The notes beneath the pieces were generated by a model that did no database searches, was not told the DNA's origin, and worked only from the letters and a program-made list of their open reading frames with translations. Source: Planctomycetota bacterium (GTDB lineage: Bacteria > Planctomycetota > UBA8108 > SXIK01). From it: DNA of 64,000 bases. Position numbers and translations under genes: made by a program. The number at the start of each line of letters is the position of its first letter. Position 1 is the stretch's first letter. Positions 9,834-18,713 of this stretch are shown here, in pieces. The stretch covers positions 3,712,001-3,776,000 of the forward strand of contig OZ244999.1 of NCBI GenBank assembly GCA_965223265.1. The letters are read 5' to 3'.

Positions 9834-11363
9834 ATGGGAGAGCAGAAAAAGATGTCGATCCAATTGAGGAGTGCGATCGCGGTTGGAGCGATCGCGGCTT
9901 TGATGGGAGCACTTGTTGTTGGCGGCTTAGAGCGTTCACACGCGGGCGCTGGCGAAAAGGCGTCGAGCGCCAAAGAGACGTTTAAGATCAAACCGGGTGA
10001 ATGGCCCATGTGGGGCGGGACGCCAGAGCGCAACATGGTCAACTTCGTCGACAAAGGGATTCCGCATGAGTGGGACGTCGAGAAGAAAACCAACGTCAAA
10101 TGGGTCGCAAAACTGGGTTCGCAGTCCTACGGCAACCCGGTGATCGCGGGAGGCAAGATCTTCGTCGGCACGAACAACGAAGCCCACGTCAACTCGAAAA
10201 TCAAAGGCGACAAAGGCGTCATGATGTGTTTCGAGGAGGGTAGCGGCAAGTTCCTCTGGCAGATGGTGCACGACAAACTCGAAGCAGGCCGCGTCAATGA
10301 TTGGCCGGAACAGGGGATCTGCTCGTCGCCGGTCGCGGAGGACGGGCGCATCTACTACGTGAGCAATCGGTGCGAAGTCGTCTGCGCTGACGTCGATGGG
10401 TTCTTGGACGGCGAGAACGACGGCCCCTTCAAGGACGAAAAGTACAAGGACCCCATCGACGGCGACATCATCTGGTCGTACGACATGATGGAGGAACTTG
10501 GTGTCTTCCCACACAACCTCGCGACCTGTTCACCGCTCGTCATCGACGACATTATCTTCGTGATCACGTCGAACGGAGTTGAGCGCGATCACATCACGAT
10601 CCCCAACCCGCGCGCACCAAGCTTCATGGCCCTCGACAAGAAGACCGGCGATCTCATCTGGGACAACGCCGACCCTGGCGAGGGCATCCTCCATGGCCAG
10701 TGGGCGGCGCCGTCTTACATCCATGCTGGTGGTCGACCGCAGATCATCTTCCCCGGAGGCGATGGATGGGTCCGAAGCTATGCGCCCAAGACCGGCCAAA
10801 AAATCTGGGAGTTCGACTGCAACCCCAAGGACTCCAAGTGGGAACTTGGCGGTCGAGGAACGCGCAACAACATTATCTCCACCGCCGCGTGCGTCAATGG
10901 CATCGTCTACATCGCTGTCGGACAAGACCCGGAGCACGGCGAGGGGATCGGCCATCTGTACGCTATTGACGCGTCGCAGACCGGCGATATAACCAAGACC
11001 GGCGCCAAGTGGCACTTCGGTGGCGAAGAGTTTAAACGCACGATCTCCTCCTTTGCCGTGGCGGACGGCTTAGTCTACGCCGCCGACTTGAGCGGTTTCT
11101 TGCACTGCCTTGATGCCGAGTCGGGTCGGTCGAACTGGGTACACGACACCTTCGCCGCGGTCTGGGGTTCGCCCACCGTGATCGATGGTAAAGTGTTCCT
11201 CGGCGACGAGGACGGAGACGTAGTGATTCTCGAACATGGCAAGACACTCAAAGTACTCGCCGAGCACAATATGGACGCCTCCGTCTACACGACACCTGTT
11301 GCAGCCGGTGGCGTGCTCTACATCGCAACGCGAACTCACCTCTACGCCATCGAAGAGAAGTGA
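9834..11363 (+). CDS. Secreted PQQ-like/BamB-type beta-propeller protein
   Basis: N-terminal hydrophobic helix, WPMWGGTPERN, repeated SSPV/GSPTV blades with D..TG...W. Confidence 0.8.
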   Translation: MGEQKKMSIQLRSAIAVGAIAALMGALVVGGLERSHAGAGEKASSAKETFKIKPGEWPMWGGTPERNMVNFVDKGIPHEWDVEKKTNVKWVAKLGSQSYGNPVIAGGKIFVGTNNEAHVNSKIKGDKGVMMCFEEGSGKFLWQMVHDKLEAGRVNDWPEQGICSSPVAEDGRIYYVSNRCEVVCADVDGFLDGENDGPFKDEKYKDPIDGDIIWSYDMMEELGVFPHNLATCSPLVIDDIIFVITSNGVERDHITIPNPRAPSFMALDKKTGDLIWDNADPGEGILHGQWAAPSYIHAGGRPQIIFPGGDGWVRSYAPKTGQKIWEFDCNPKDSKWELGGRGTRNNIISTAACVNGIVYIAVGQDPEHGEGIGHLYAIDASQTGDITKTGAKWHFGGEEFKRTISSFAVADGLVYAADLSGFLHCLDAESGRSNWVHDTFAAVWGSPTVIDGKVFLGDEDGDVVILEHGKTLKVLAEHNMDASVYTTPVAAGGVLYIATRTHLYAIEEK

Positions 11364-11441
11364 ATCCGGCGCGGCGAGTTGCAGACGGGACGAACGTCGC
11401 GTCACGCACGGGTCGGACCAGCGACATGAAGAAGGCTTTGT

Positions 11442-12545
11442 ATGACAAGCGAACGACATCCTGGCACCGCGCCGGCCACAACGAATGAAGTGAGCCAGGC
11501 TCGCGCCAAACTTGACGCCTGGGTCGCGGAAGTTGTCGAATTCCACTTCAACCCAGCGACCGGTTGTCCGTTTTGGCTCGACTATGCGAGTCGACTCGAC
11601 TGGGACCCGCGACAGGAAGTGAAATCGTTCGACGACCTCAAGAAGTTTGATCTTTTCGAGGACGAGTGGCTCCGCGGCGGCCCTGTAGAGCGTTGGGTTC
11701 CCAAGGGCTGCGCTGGCAAGCCCGTCTATGTGTTTGAAACCGGCGGCACGACGGGCGTACCGAAGTCGCGTGTCAACGTCGAAGATTTTCGTATCGACTA
11801 CGAGCTGTTTTCTGAGACGCTCTCCGACACCGGCTTTCCACGCGGCGCCGATTGGCTGTCGATCGGCCCGACGGGCCCACGCCGACTGCGCTTGGCTGTC
11901 GAACATTTAGCCCAATACCGTGGCGGCATTTGCTTCTGCGTCGACATGGATCCACGCTGGTTCACCAAGTGCCTGAAGAAGGGGTGGACGCAGGCGGCTC
12001 TGGCTTACAAGGACCATGTCATCGACCAAGCCTTGACGGTCTTACGCGCGCAGCCAGGTGTCCACTGCCTGTTCACAACACCAAAGCTGCTGGAAGCGCT
12101 ATGCGAAAAGGTGTCGCTAGAACAAGTTGGAATCACTGGCATCTTCTGCGGCGGCACACAGATGGACGCAGCGTTTCACAAGCGTGCTCGGGAGGAATTG
12201 GCTCCGAACGCCGAATTCGTGCCGACCTACGGCAACACGCTCATGGGGTTAGCGTGCCATAAACCGTACGTGCCCGAAGACGACTATGCGGTGATCTATC
12301 ATCCGCCACACCCACGTGCTGTCCTCGAGGTCGTCGATCCGGACGTGCCAGAGCGCGTGGTCGACTACGGCGAGTCCGGCCGCGTCAAGCTGACGACGCT
12401 GACCAAGGAGTTTTTCGTGCCTGGTTTCCTCGAGCGCGATGAAGGGGTGAGATCACCCCCGATCTCCATGTACCCCTGGGACGGCGTCCGCGACGTCCAA
12501 CCTTTCTCGCGCTCCAAGACACCGCTCGTCGTCGGCGTCTACTGA
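11442..12545 (+). CDS. EhpF-like truncated adenylate-forming (ANL) protein
   Basis: HFNPATGCPFWL, FETGGTTGVPK, PTGP, DMDPRW, TTPKLL, GGT, YGNT, ERD and C-terminal GVY match the motif order I recall for Pantoea EhpF; similar length (367 aa). Confidence 0.75.
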   Translation: MTSERHPGTAPATTNEVSQARAKLDAWVAEVVEFHFNPATGCPFWLDYASRLDWDPRQEVKSFDDLKKFDLFEDEWLRGGPVERWVPKGCAGKPVYVFETGGTTGVPKSRVNVEDFRIDYELFSETLSDTGFPRGADWLSIGPTGPRRLRLAVEHLAQYRGGICFCVDMDPRWFTKCLKKGWTQAALAYKDHVIDQALTVLRAQPGVHCLFTTPKLLEALCEKVSLEQVGITGIFCGGTQMDAAFHKRAREELAPNAEFVPTYGNTLMGLACHKPYVPEDDYAVIYHPPHPRAVLEVVDPDVPERVVDYGESGRVKLTTLTKEFFVPGFLERDEGVRSPPISMYPWDGVRDVQPFSRSKTPLVVGVY

Positions 12546-12572
12546 CGGCTCCACGGTAGGAAACCAAAAGAC

Positions 12573-13793
12573 ATGAGCTCGCGCACGAGCCCAGACACGA
12601 CCCAATCGCACCTTTTGGCGACACGGACGACGCCGTTGACCTCCTTTGACTACCGTCCGCGAACGCGGCTGAAATACGGCGTCGGAGTGTTGGACGAACT
12701 CGGCAAGCTCGCCGCGGCGGAGGGTGCGACACGCGTTCTTCTCGTGACCGATCCCGGCATCGAGCGAGCTGGCCACGCGCAGCGCGCCGTCGAGTCGCTG
12801 CGTCGCTGCGGTCTCGAGGTTGCGGTGTTCGATGGCGTGGAAGAAAACCCTACCTCCCTTCACGTCAGCGCTGGCGTTGAGGTAGCGCGCACCGAAGGCA
12901 TCGATTTCCTCGTCGGCATCGGCGGTGGCAGCTCGATGGATTGTGCCAAGGGAATCAACTTTGTTTACTCGTGCGGTGGACAAATTCGCGACTATTGGGG
13001 CATCGGCAAGGCGACTCGCGACCTTCTGCCAATGATCGCGGTACCGACGACCGCCGGAACGGGAAGCGAAACTCAATCGTTCGCTCTTATCTCAGATCCT
13101 GTGACGCATCAAAAGATGGCATGTGGAGACGCGCGCGCCGCATGCCGGTTGGCGCTTCTCGATCCATCGCTCACGTTGTCGCAGCCGCAACCCGTGACCG
13201 AAGCAACCGGAACTGACGCGATCGCCCACGCCGTGGAGACCTACGTCACGAAGCGCCGCACACCTCTCTCGATGATGTTCGCGCGAGAGGCGTGGTGCCT
13301 ACTTCGCAGCAGCTTCCCGCGCGTGCTTGAAGCACCTAACGACGTCGAGGCCAGAGGGCGCATGCTCATCGGCGCAGCGTACGCCGGCATCGCGATCGAA
13401 AACTCGATGCTCGGCGTCGCACATGCCGCGGCGAATCCGCTCACCGCGATGAAGGGAACCGTACATGGTGCCGCTGTCGGCATCTTTCTCCCGCATGTTG
13501 TTCGCCTCAATGCCACGAGCGTTGGTGACGACTACGATGCACTCGCTGCAGCGTCGCACCTTGACGCTCCCGACACACTGGCGCTCGATGGACCCCCAGG
13601 CGAGCCCCTCGCACAACAACTCGAATCGATTTTTTCGAAAACAGAGCTGCCGCGCGCGCTGCGGCAGTGTGGCGTCACTGCAGGCGACATCCCCGCACTC
13701 ACTCAGGGAGCGCAGAAGCAATGGACCGCAGAGTTCAATCCACGACGTTTCGATCGAGACGACTTCGAAGAGCTGTATCGCTTGGCCTATTGA
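12573..13793 (+). CDS. Iron-containing alcohol dehydrogenase
   Basis: GGGSSMDCAK, PTTAGTGSE, DAIAHAVE, GVAHAAANPL, HGAAV metal-binding His residues. Confidence 0.9.
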   Translation: MSSRTSPDTTQSHLLATRTTPLTSFDYRPRTRLKYGVGVLDELGKLAAAEGATRVLLVTDPGIERAGHAQRAVESLRRCGLEVAVFDGVEENPTSLHVSAGVEVARTEGIDFLVGIGGGSSMDCAKGINFVYSCGGQIRDYWGIGKATRDLLPMIAVPTTAGTGSETQSFALISDPVTHQKMACGDARAACRLALLDPSLTLSQPQPVTEATGTDAIAHAVETYVTKRRTPLSMMFAREAWCLLRSSFPRVLEAPNDVEARGRMLIGAAYAGIAIENSMLGVAHAAANPLTAMKGTVHGAAVGIFLPHVVRLNATSVGDDYDALAAASHLDAPDTLALDGPPGEPLAQQLESIFSKTELPRALRQCGVTAGDIPALTQGAQKQWTAEFNPRRFDRDDFEELYRLAY

Positions 13794-15196
13794 CCCTTCT
13801 CCTCACAGCAGCAGTCGCCTGGTTGCTCATCCCACAACAAGCGAGCGGCCGGTCGCAGACTGACGCGCGCGAGGATCAGCAATCAGCAGAGTCAACGTCG
13901 AGTGCTCCAGCCCTCGAACCTTCGGAACCTACACCGAAGATAGACGTGTCGTCTGAGGCGCCCCTCGAAATGAGCGCACCATGGACGACGTTCCGTGGCG
14001 GCTCGCTTCAGCGTGGTTGGCGGCGCGGAAGCGTCGCCGCGACGCCGCGCCTGGTGTGGGTCTACGACGCAGAGAGCGCTGTCGAGTCGACGGCAGCGAT
14101 CGATGCTGGGCGAGTCTTCATCGGTAGCGACGAGAAAGGCATCCTCGCCCTGGCGCTCGACGCCAAGAGCGACATAGGGGAACTCCTCTGGACTTTTCCG
14201 AATGAGTTCGGAGTGCAGGCGTCGCCGGCTGTCAAAGGAGATCGCGTTTACTTTGGCGACATTCTCGGCGTCTTCTGGTGCATCAGCGCGACGACAGGAA
14301 AAGAGCTCTGGAAGCTCGAGACCGAAAGCGGTGCCGAGATCTTGTCATCTGTGAGCTTCGATCGCGACCGAGTCCTCTTCGGATCATACGACGCCACACT
14401 CTACTGCCTGCGCGCTGACGACGGCAAGCCCGTCTGGACTTTCACGACGGAGGGGCCGGTACACGGTTCTCCCGCGGTGGCGGCCGGCCACACGTTCGTC
14501 GCTGGCTGCGATGAGCAGCTAAGGATCGTGTCGCTGACCGATGGCAAGGAGGTCGGCGCTGTCCCCATGGGCGGCAACAACGCCGGCTCACCTGCGATCG
14601 TCGGAGAGCGACTCTTCGTCGGCACGCTCGCCGAAGAAGTTCTGTGCGTGAACTGGCGAGAGATCGTCGCGCAGAGCGCGGCACGCGCAGCGGCGGTGAC
14701 GCCCTTAGCCTCTGGGTCCGAGGCAGCCACCGACTCGACGACCAGCGAGCGGGAAACACCGTCGGGCGAGCGAGCAAGCCCGGGCGTGATCTGGCGATAC
14801 AATCCGCCGCGCAGTTTTCAGTTCTACGCCTCACCTGCAGTGGGTCGCGCCAAGGTCAAAGGCAAGGAGTCGTGGGTCGTAGTGATTGGTGGGCGCGACA
14901 AGCTCGTGCACGCAATCGACGCGGACAGCGGCGAGGCCATCTGGACTTTCCCCACAAAGGCGAAAGTCGACTCGTCGCCCGTGATCATCGGGGATCGCGT
15001 TGCGGTCGGCGGGCTCGATGGGAACGTTTATTTGTTAGATCTCGAGAGCGGAAAAGAGATTTGGAGCTACGCGGCGGGTTCCAAATTCCAGGCCTCGCCG
15101 GCAGTTGCCGACGGTCGGCTTGTTATCACGTCGAGTGAGGGACTTGTCCACTGTTTCGACCTCAGGCCGCAGACATCTGGGAATGAGTCGCGCTGA
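13721..15196 (+). CDS. Membrane-anchored PQQ-like/BamB-type beta-propeller protein
   Basis: N-terminal TM helix, WTTFRGG, repeated ASPAV/GSPAV/SSPVI blades; start ATG 13721 overlaps the ADH end. Confidence 0.75.
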   Translation: MDRRVQSTTFRSRRLRRAVSLGLLTLLLTAAVAWLLIPQQASGRSQTDAREDQQSAESTSSAPALEPSEPTPKIDVSSEAPLEMSAPWTTFRGGSLQRGWRRGSVAATPRLVWVYDAESAVESTAAIDAGRVFIGSDEKGILALALDAKSDIGELLWTFPNEFGVQASPAVKGDRVYFGDILGVFWCISATTGKELWKLETESGAEILSSVSFDRDRVLFGSYDATLYCLRADDGKPVWTFTTEGPVHGSPAVAAGHTFVAGCDEQLRIVSLTDGKEVGAVPMGGNNAGSPAIVGERLFVGTLAEEVLCVNWREIVAQSAARAAAVTPLASGSEAATDSTTSERETPSGERASPGVIWRYNPPRSFQFYASPAVGRAKVKGKESWVVVIGGRDKLVHAIDADSGEAIWTFPTKAKVDSSPVIIGDRVAVGGLDGNVYLLDLESGKEIWSYAAGSKFQASPAVADGRLVITSSEGLVHCFDLRPQTSGNESR

Positions 15197-15239
15197 TGGG
15201 AGAGATAGCAGGAGCGCCAGCATCGCGGAGTGCGATCTC

Positions 15240-16586
15240 ATGAAGATCGCTGTCGTCGCCACCGGGGCCGCCGGCATGTACTGCGGCAGCTGTTTGCGAG
15301 ACAACGCGCTTGCTGTCGCGCTGCAGAAGCTCGGGCACGAAGTAACCTTCATTCCGACGTACACGCCGCTGCGACTCGACGAGTCGAGCGTCAAGCACGA
15401 ATCGGTGCTCCTCAACGGTGTGCGCGTGTATGCCGAACAGAAACTCTCGTTCGTACGCAGGCCGACGAGCTTCGTACGGCGCCTATTAGGCTCCCAGGCG
15501 CTTCTACGCTGGGTGTCGAACTTGGCGCTCGGAAACGAACCTAAGAAACTCGGCGCGTTGACCGTGTCGATGCTCCAGGGCGTCGACGGCAACCAGAGGA
15601 CGTCGATGGAAGAGCTGATCGAGTGGCTCCACGCCCATGCCCCGTTCGACGTGGTCCACCTCAGCAACAGCCTTCTGAGCGGCGTAGCGCCGGCGCTCAA
15701 GCGCGCCATGGACGTACCCATCACGTGTGGACTGACCGGCGAAGACTACTTTGTCGACGGTCTCGAGCCTCCGTATCGTGACCTCGCCCGAGAACTGGTG
15801 CGTCAGAACAGCCGCTCGATCGACCGCTTCATCGCGCCAACGGATTGCTACCGAGACCTTATCGTCGAGACGTTCACAATCGATCCGAACGCCATTGCAG
15901 TGGTCAATCCCGGCATTTCGCTGCAGGACTACCAGGGCGAGCTCGAAACGCCACCACGCTCCGACGAAACGTTGAAGCTCGGTTACTTCGCCCGCATTGC
16001 GCCGGAGAAGGGTGGACACCTGCTTGTCGAGGCGTTCCGCCAACTCGCCGCTGAGTTTCCACAACTGGAATTGCACATGGCAGGCTCGCTGGGCGGACAG
16101 GGGATTCCCTACGCACGCGGTCTGCGCGCACGGCTAGCGGCGGCTGGATTGAGTCGGCGATTTCACCTCGTCGGGACTCTTGACCGCCAGCAGAAAGTCG
16201 CGTTCCTCCGTTCGCTCGACGTGTTCGCGATGCCATCAATTTACGAGGAGTCCAAGGCGCTGCCGGCCATTGAGGCGCTCGCGAGCGGTGTTCCGATCGT
16301 CGTCCCCGATGCCGGAGCCTTCCGCGAAATCGTCGAACGTTCGGGGGGAGGCGTGCTGCATGAGCCTCGCAGTGCGTCCGACCTCGCCGCCAAGCTCGCT
16401 CTCCTGCTCAAAGACTCCGCGCTGCGCACTCAACATGCGTCGGCGGGCCGCGCCGCTGCACACGAGTGGTTCTCGAGCGCACGCATGGCAGAAGAGACCG
16501 CAGCTGTCTTCGCGGTGGCGGCTTCTGCGGCGAAGGCTTCGCGAACCGAGCGCGACGAAGACAGTCGCTGCGCCGGGCGGCACTGA
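15240..16586 (+). CDS. Glycosyltransferase family 4 with N-terminal GMYCGSCLRD motif
   Basis: FARIAPEKG, PSIYEESKALPAIEALASGVP (E-x7-E GT-B motif). Confidence 0.85.
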   Translation: MKIAVVATGAAGMYCGSCLRDNALAVALQKLGHEVTFIPTYTPLRLDESSVKHESVLLNGVRVYAEQKLSFVRRPTSFVRRLLGSQALLRWVSNLALGNEPKKLGALTVSMLQGVDGNQRTSMEELIEWLHAHAPFDVVHLSNSLLSGVAPALKRAMDVPITCGLTGEDYFVDGLEPPYRDLARELVRQNSRSIDRFIAPTDCYRDLIVETFTIDPNAIAVVNPGISLQDYQGELETPPRSDETLKLGYFARIAPEKGGHLLVEAFRQLAAEFPQLELHMAGSLGGQGIPYARGLRARLAAAGLSRRFHLVGTLDRQQKVAFLRSLDVFAMPSIYEESKALPAIEALASGVPIVVPDAGAFREIVERSGGGVLHEPRSASDLAAKLALLLKDSALRTQHASAGRAAAHEWFSSARMAEETAAVFAVAASAAKASRTERDEDSRCAGRH

Positions 16587-16670
16587 ACAACTCCGTGCAA
16601 CGCTGCACAAAAACTGAACGGAAACGATCTGCCGCACAGACGATCGCTCAAGAGACTATCGGAGTACCGC

Positions 16671-17402
16671 ATGACTGGAAAGGAACGGACCGTCGTCGTC
16701 ACTGGCGGCGGCACTGGCATTGGGGCGGCATGCGCTCTGACGCTGGCACGGGAAGGATTCCGCGTCGCGATCTCAGGCCGCCGCGAAGAAAAGCTGCGCG
16801 AAGTTGCTGCACGTGTTGAGGGCGCGGGGGAAATCCTCACGCGCGCCGCAGACGTTGGTGATCGCGACAGTGCGCATGCGCTCATCGACTGGGCTGAGCG
16901 TGAGCTGGGACAAGTCGACATTTTGATCCAAAGCGCCGGCGTCAACGTTCCGAAACGATCCATGGAGGATCTCTCGCCAGCTGATTGGGACCATTTGCTC
17001 CGCATCAATGCCACCGGAGCGTACAACTGCATGCACGCGGTCCTGCCCGGCATGCGCGAACGTCATGACGGCCTCATCGTCAACATCTCCTCAGTCGCAG
17101 GAATCAGGGCGAGCGTTCTGGGCGGCGTCGCGTACTCCGCGTCGAAATTCGCCATGTCGGCGCTCGGCCTCACGGTCGGCATCGAGGTCAAGGATCTCGG
17201 GATTCGCGTCACCAACGTTTACCCCGGCGAAGTGGAAACCCCGCTCCTCGACGACAGGCCAACGCCCGTCAGCGCCGAACACCGCGCGCGGATTCTGCAG
17301 CCCGAAGACGTTGCAGCGCTGGTTCTCACCATCGCCAACCTGCCACCGCGCGCTCACGTGCCCGAAATTCTTATCAAACCAACGCAACAGGCATTCGCTT
17401 AG
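16671..17402 (+). CDS. SDR-family oxidoreductase
   Basis: TGGGTGIG, NISSVAG, YSASK. Confidence 0.92.
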   Translation: MTGKERTVVVTGGGTGIGAACALTLAREGFRVAISGRREEKLREVAARVEGAGEILTRAADVGDRDSAHALIDWAERELGQVDILIQSAGVNVPKRSMEDLSPADWDHLLRINATGAYNCMHAVLPGMRERHDGLIVNISSVAGIRASVLGGVAYSASKFAMSALGLTVGIEVKDLGIRVTNVYPGEVETPLLDDRPTPVSAEHRARILQPEDVAALVLTIANLPPRAHVPEILIKPTQQAFA

Positions 17403-17523
17403 CCTCGAATTAGGAGCCTTTTCGTGGCCGCCCCCTGGCCGTTTCACACTGAGCTGCGACAGCCCGGACGCATCTCGGTCGACCGCGCGGAGCCGCGGCA
17501 GCTCGTTACAGCACCGAAGAACT

Positions 17524-17961
17524 ATGTCTCACGTCGCCTTCGTCCACAAACGTCGCGTCGAGTTTGCAGACACCGATGTCGCCGGCATCGCTCACTTTTC
17601 GCGTTTCTTCTGCTATGCGGAGGAAGCTGAGCACGCTTTCCTCCGCTCGATCGGCCTCAGCGTTCACAGCGAGCAGAAAGATGGCATCATAGGTTTTCCA
17701 CGCCTGAGAACTCAGTTCGAGTTCGAGCGCGCGCTGCGTTTCGAGGACGAAGTCGAGATTCGGCTCGAAGTCAGGCGTGAAGGGACAAAGAGACTCGTCT
17801 ACAAGTTTTCCTTTTTTCACGATGCAGCGCAGGTCGCGACGGGTGAGTTCATAGTAGTCTGTTGCCTGTGCCACGCGGATGGGCGCATCGAATCTGTGGC
17901 ACTGCCACCGGAGTTTGCCAAACGCATCGACGCGGCCGCGTCCGCCTCGCCACACCATTGA
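17524..17961 (+). CDS. Hotdog-fold acyl-CoA thioesterase (4-hydroxybenzoyl-CoA thioesterase/YbgC family)
   Basis: RVEFADTDVAGIAHFSRFF motif; start moved to ATG 17524. Confidence 0.85.
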   Translation: MSHVAFVHKRRVEFADTDVAGIAHFSRFFCYAEEAEHAFLRSIGLSVHSEQKDGIIGFPRLRTQFEFERALRFEDEVEIRLEVRREGTKRLVYKFSFFHDAAQVATGEFIVVCCLCHADGRIESVALPPEFAKRIDAAASASPHH

Positions 17962-17977
17962 AGGACCGGACGATAGC

Positions 17978-18691
17978 ATGATCAGCCGCAGCCAGCTCGA
18001 AGTCGTTGGACTCACCAAAGCGTACACGACTCCGACCGAGCCGCTCAGCGTTCTCGAAGCACTCGAACTATCGATGCAGCCCGGCGATTCCGTCGCCATC
18101 ACCGGGCCGTCGGGGTGCGGTAAGAGCACGCTCCTTCACATCCTCGGAACGCTCGATCGGCCAACCGCAGGAAGCGTCCGCCTCGGTGAGACGGACCCGT
18201 TCGAGCTCGGCGAAAAGGAGCTGGCCCGCTTCCGTGGTGAGAAGATCGGCTTCGTTTTCCAAGATCACCACCTGCTTCCACAGTGCACCGCAGTCGAAAA
18301 CGTCCTCGTGCCCCTTCTCGCCGCGGGTGGTGTCGACGACGCCGGTCGCCAACGCGGCGCGCAGCTACTCAAGCGTGTCGGGCTGGCCGACCGCGCGACC
18401 CATCGCCCGGCGGAGCTGTCGGGTGGTGAACGCCAGCGGGTTGCCATCGCGCGCGCTCTGATCCGCGATCCCGATCTCGTTCTTTGCGACGAACCGACGG
18501 GAAATCTCGACCCAAGCTCCGCCGCCGCGGTTGCAGACCTTTTTCTTGACCTCCATGCCGAAGGCGATGGCCTCCTCATCGTTGTGACGCATAGCCTAGA
18601 GCTCGCAGCCCGGTTTGGACGTCACTTGGAGCTGGACGACGGTAAGTTGGTGGACGCTGCCAGCAGCAACAAAACGGAGCCAACTCGCTAG
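17978..18691 (+). CDS. ABC transporter ATP-binding protein (LolD/MacB type)
   Basis: GPSGCGKST, GFVFQDHHLL, LSGGERQR, DEPTGNLD, VTH. Confidence 0.93.
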   Translation: MISRSQLEVVGLTKAYTTPTEPLSVLEALELSMQPGDSVAITGPSGCGKSTLLHILGTLDRPTAGSVRLGETDPFELGEKELARFRGEKIGFVFQDHHLLPQCTAVENVLVPLLAAGGVDDAGRQRGAQLLKRVGLADRATHRPAELSGGERQRVAIARALIRDPDLVLCDEPTGNLDPSSAAAVADLFLDLHAEGDGLLIVVTHSLELAARFGRHLELDDGKLVDAASSNKTEPTR

Positions 18692-18713
18692 GCGCTTTTC
18701 TTAGGCAGGCGCG

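Noticed and set aside
7488-15196. PQQ-dependent alcohol or glucose dehydrogenases
   Set aside because: Only generic propeller blades are seen; no vicinal Cys-Cys or other recognisable quinoprotein active-site motifs
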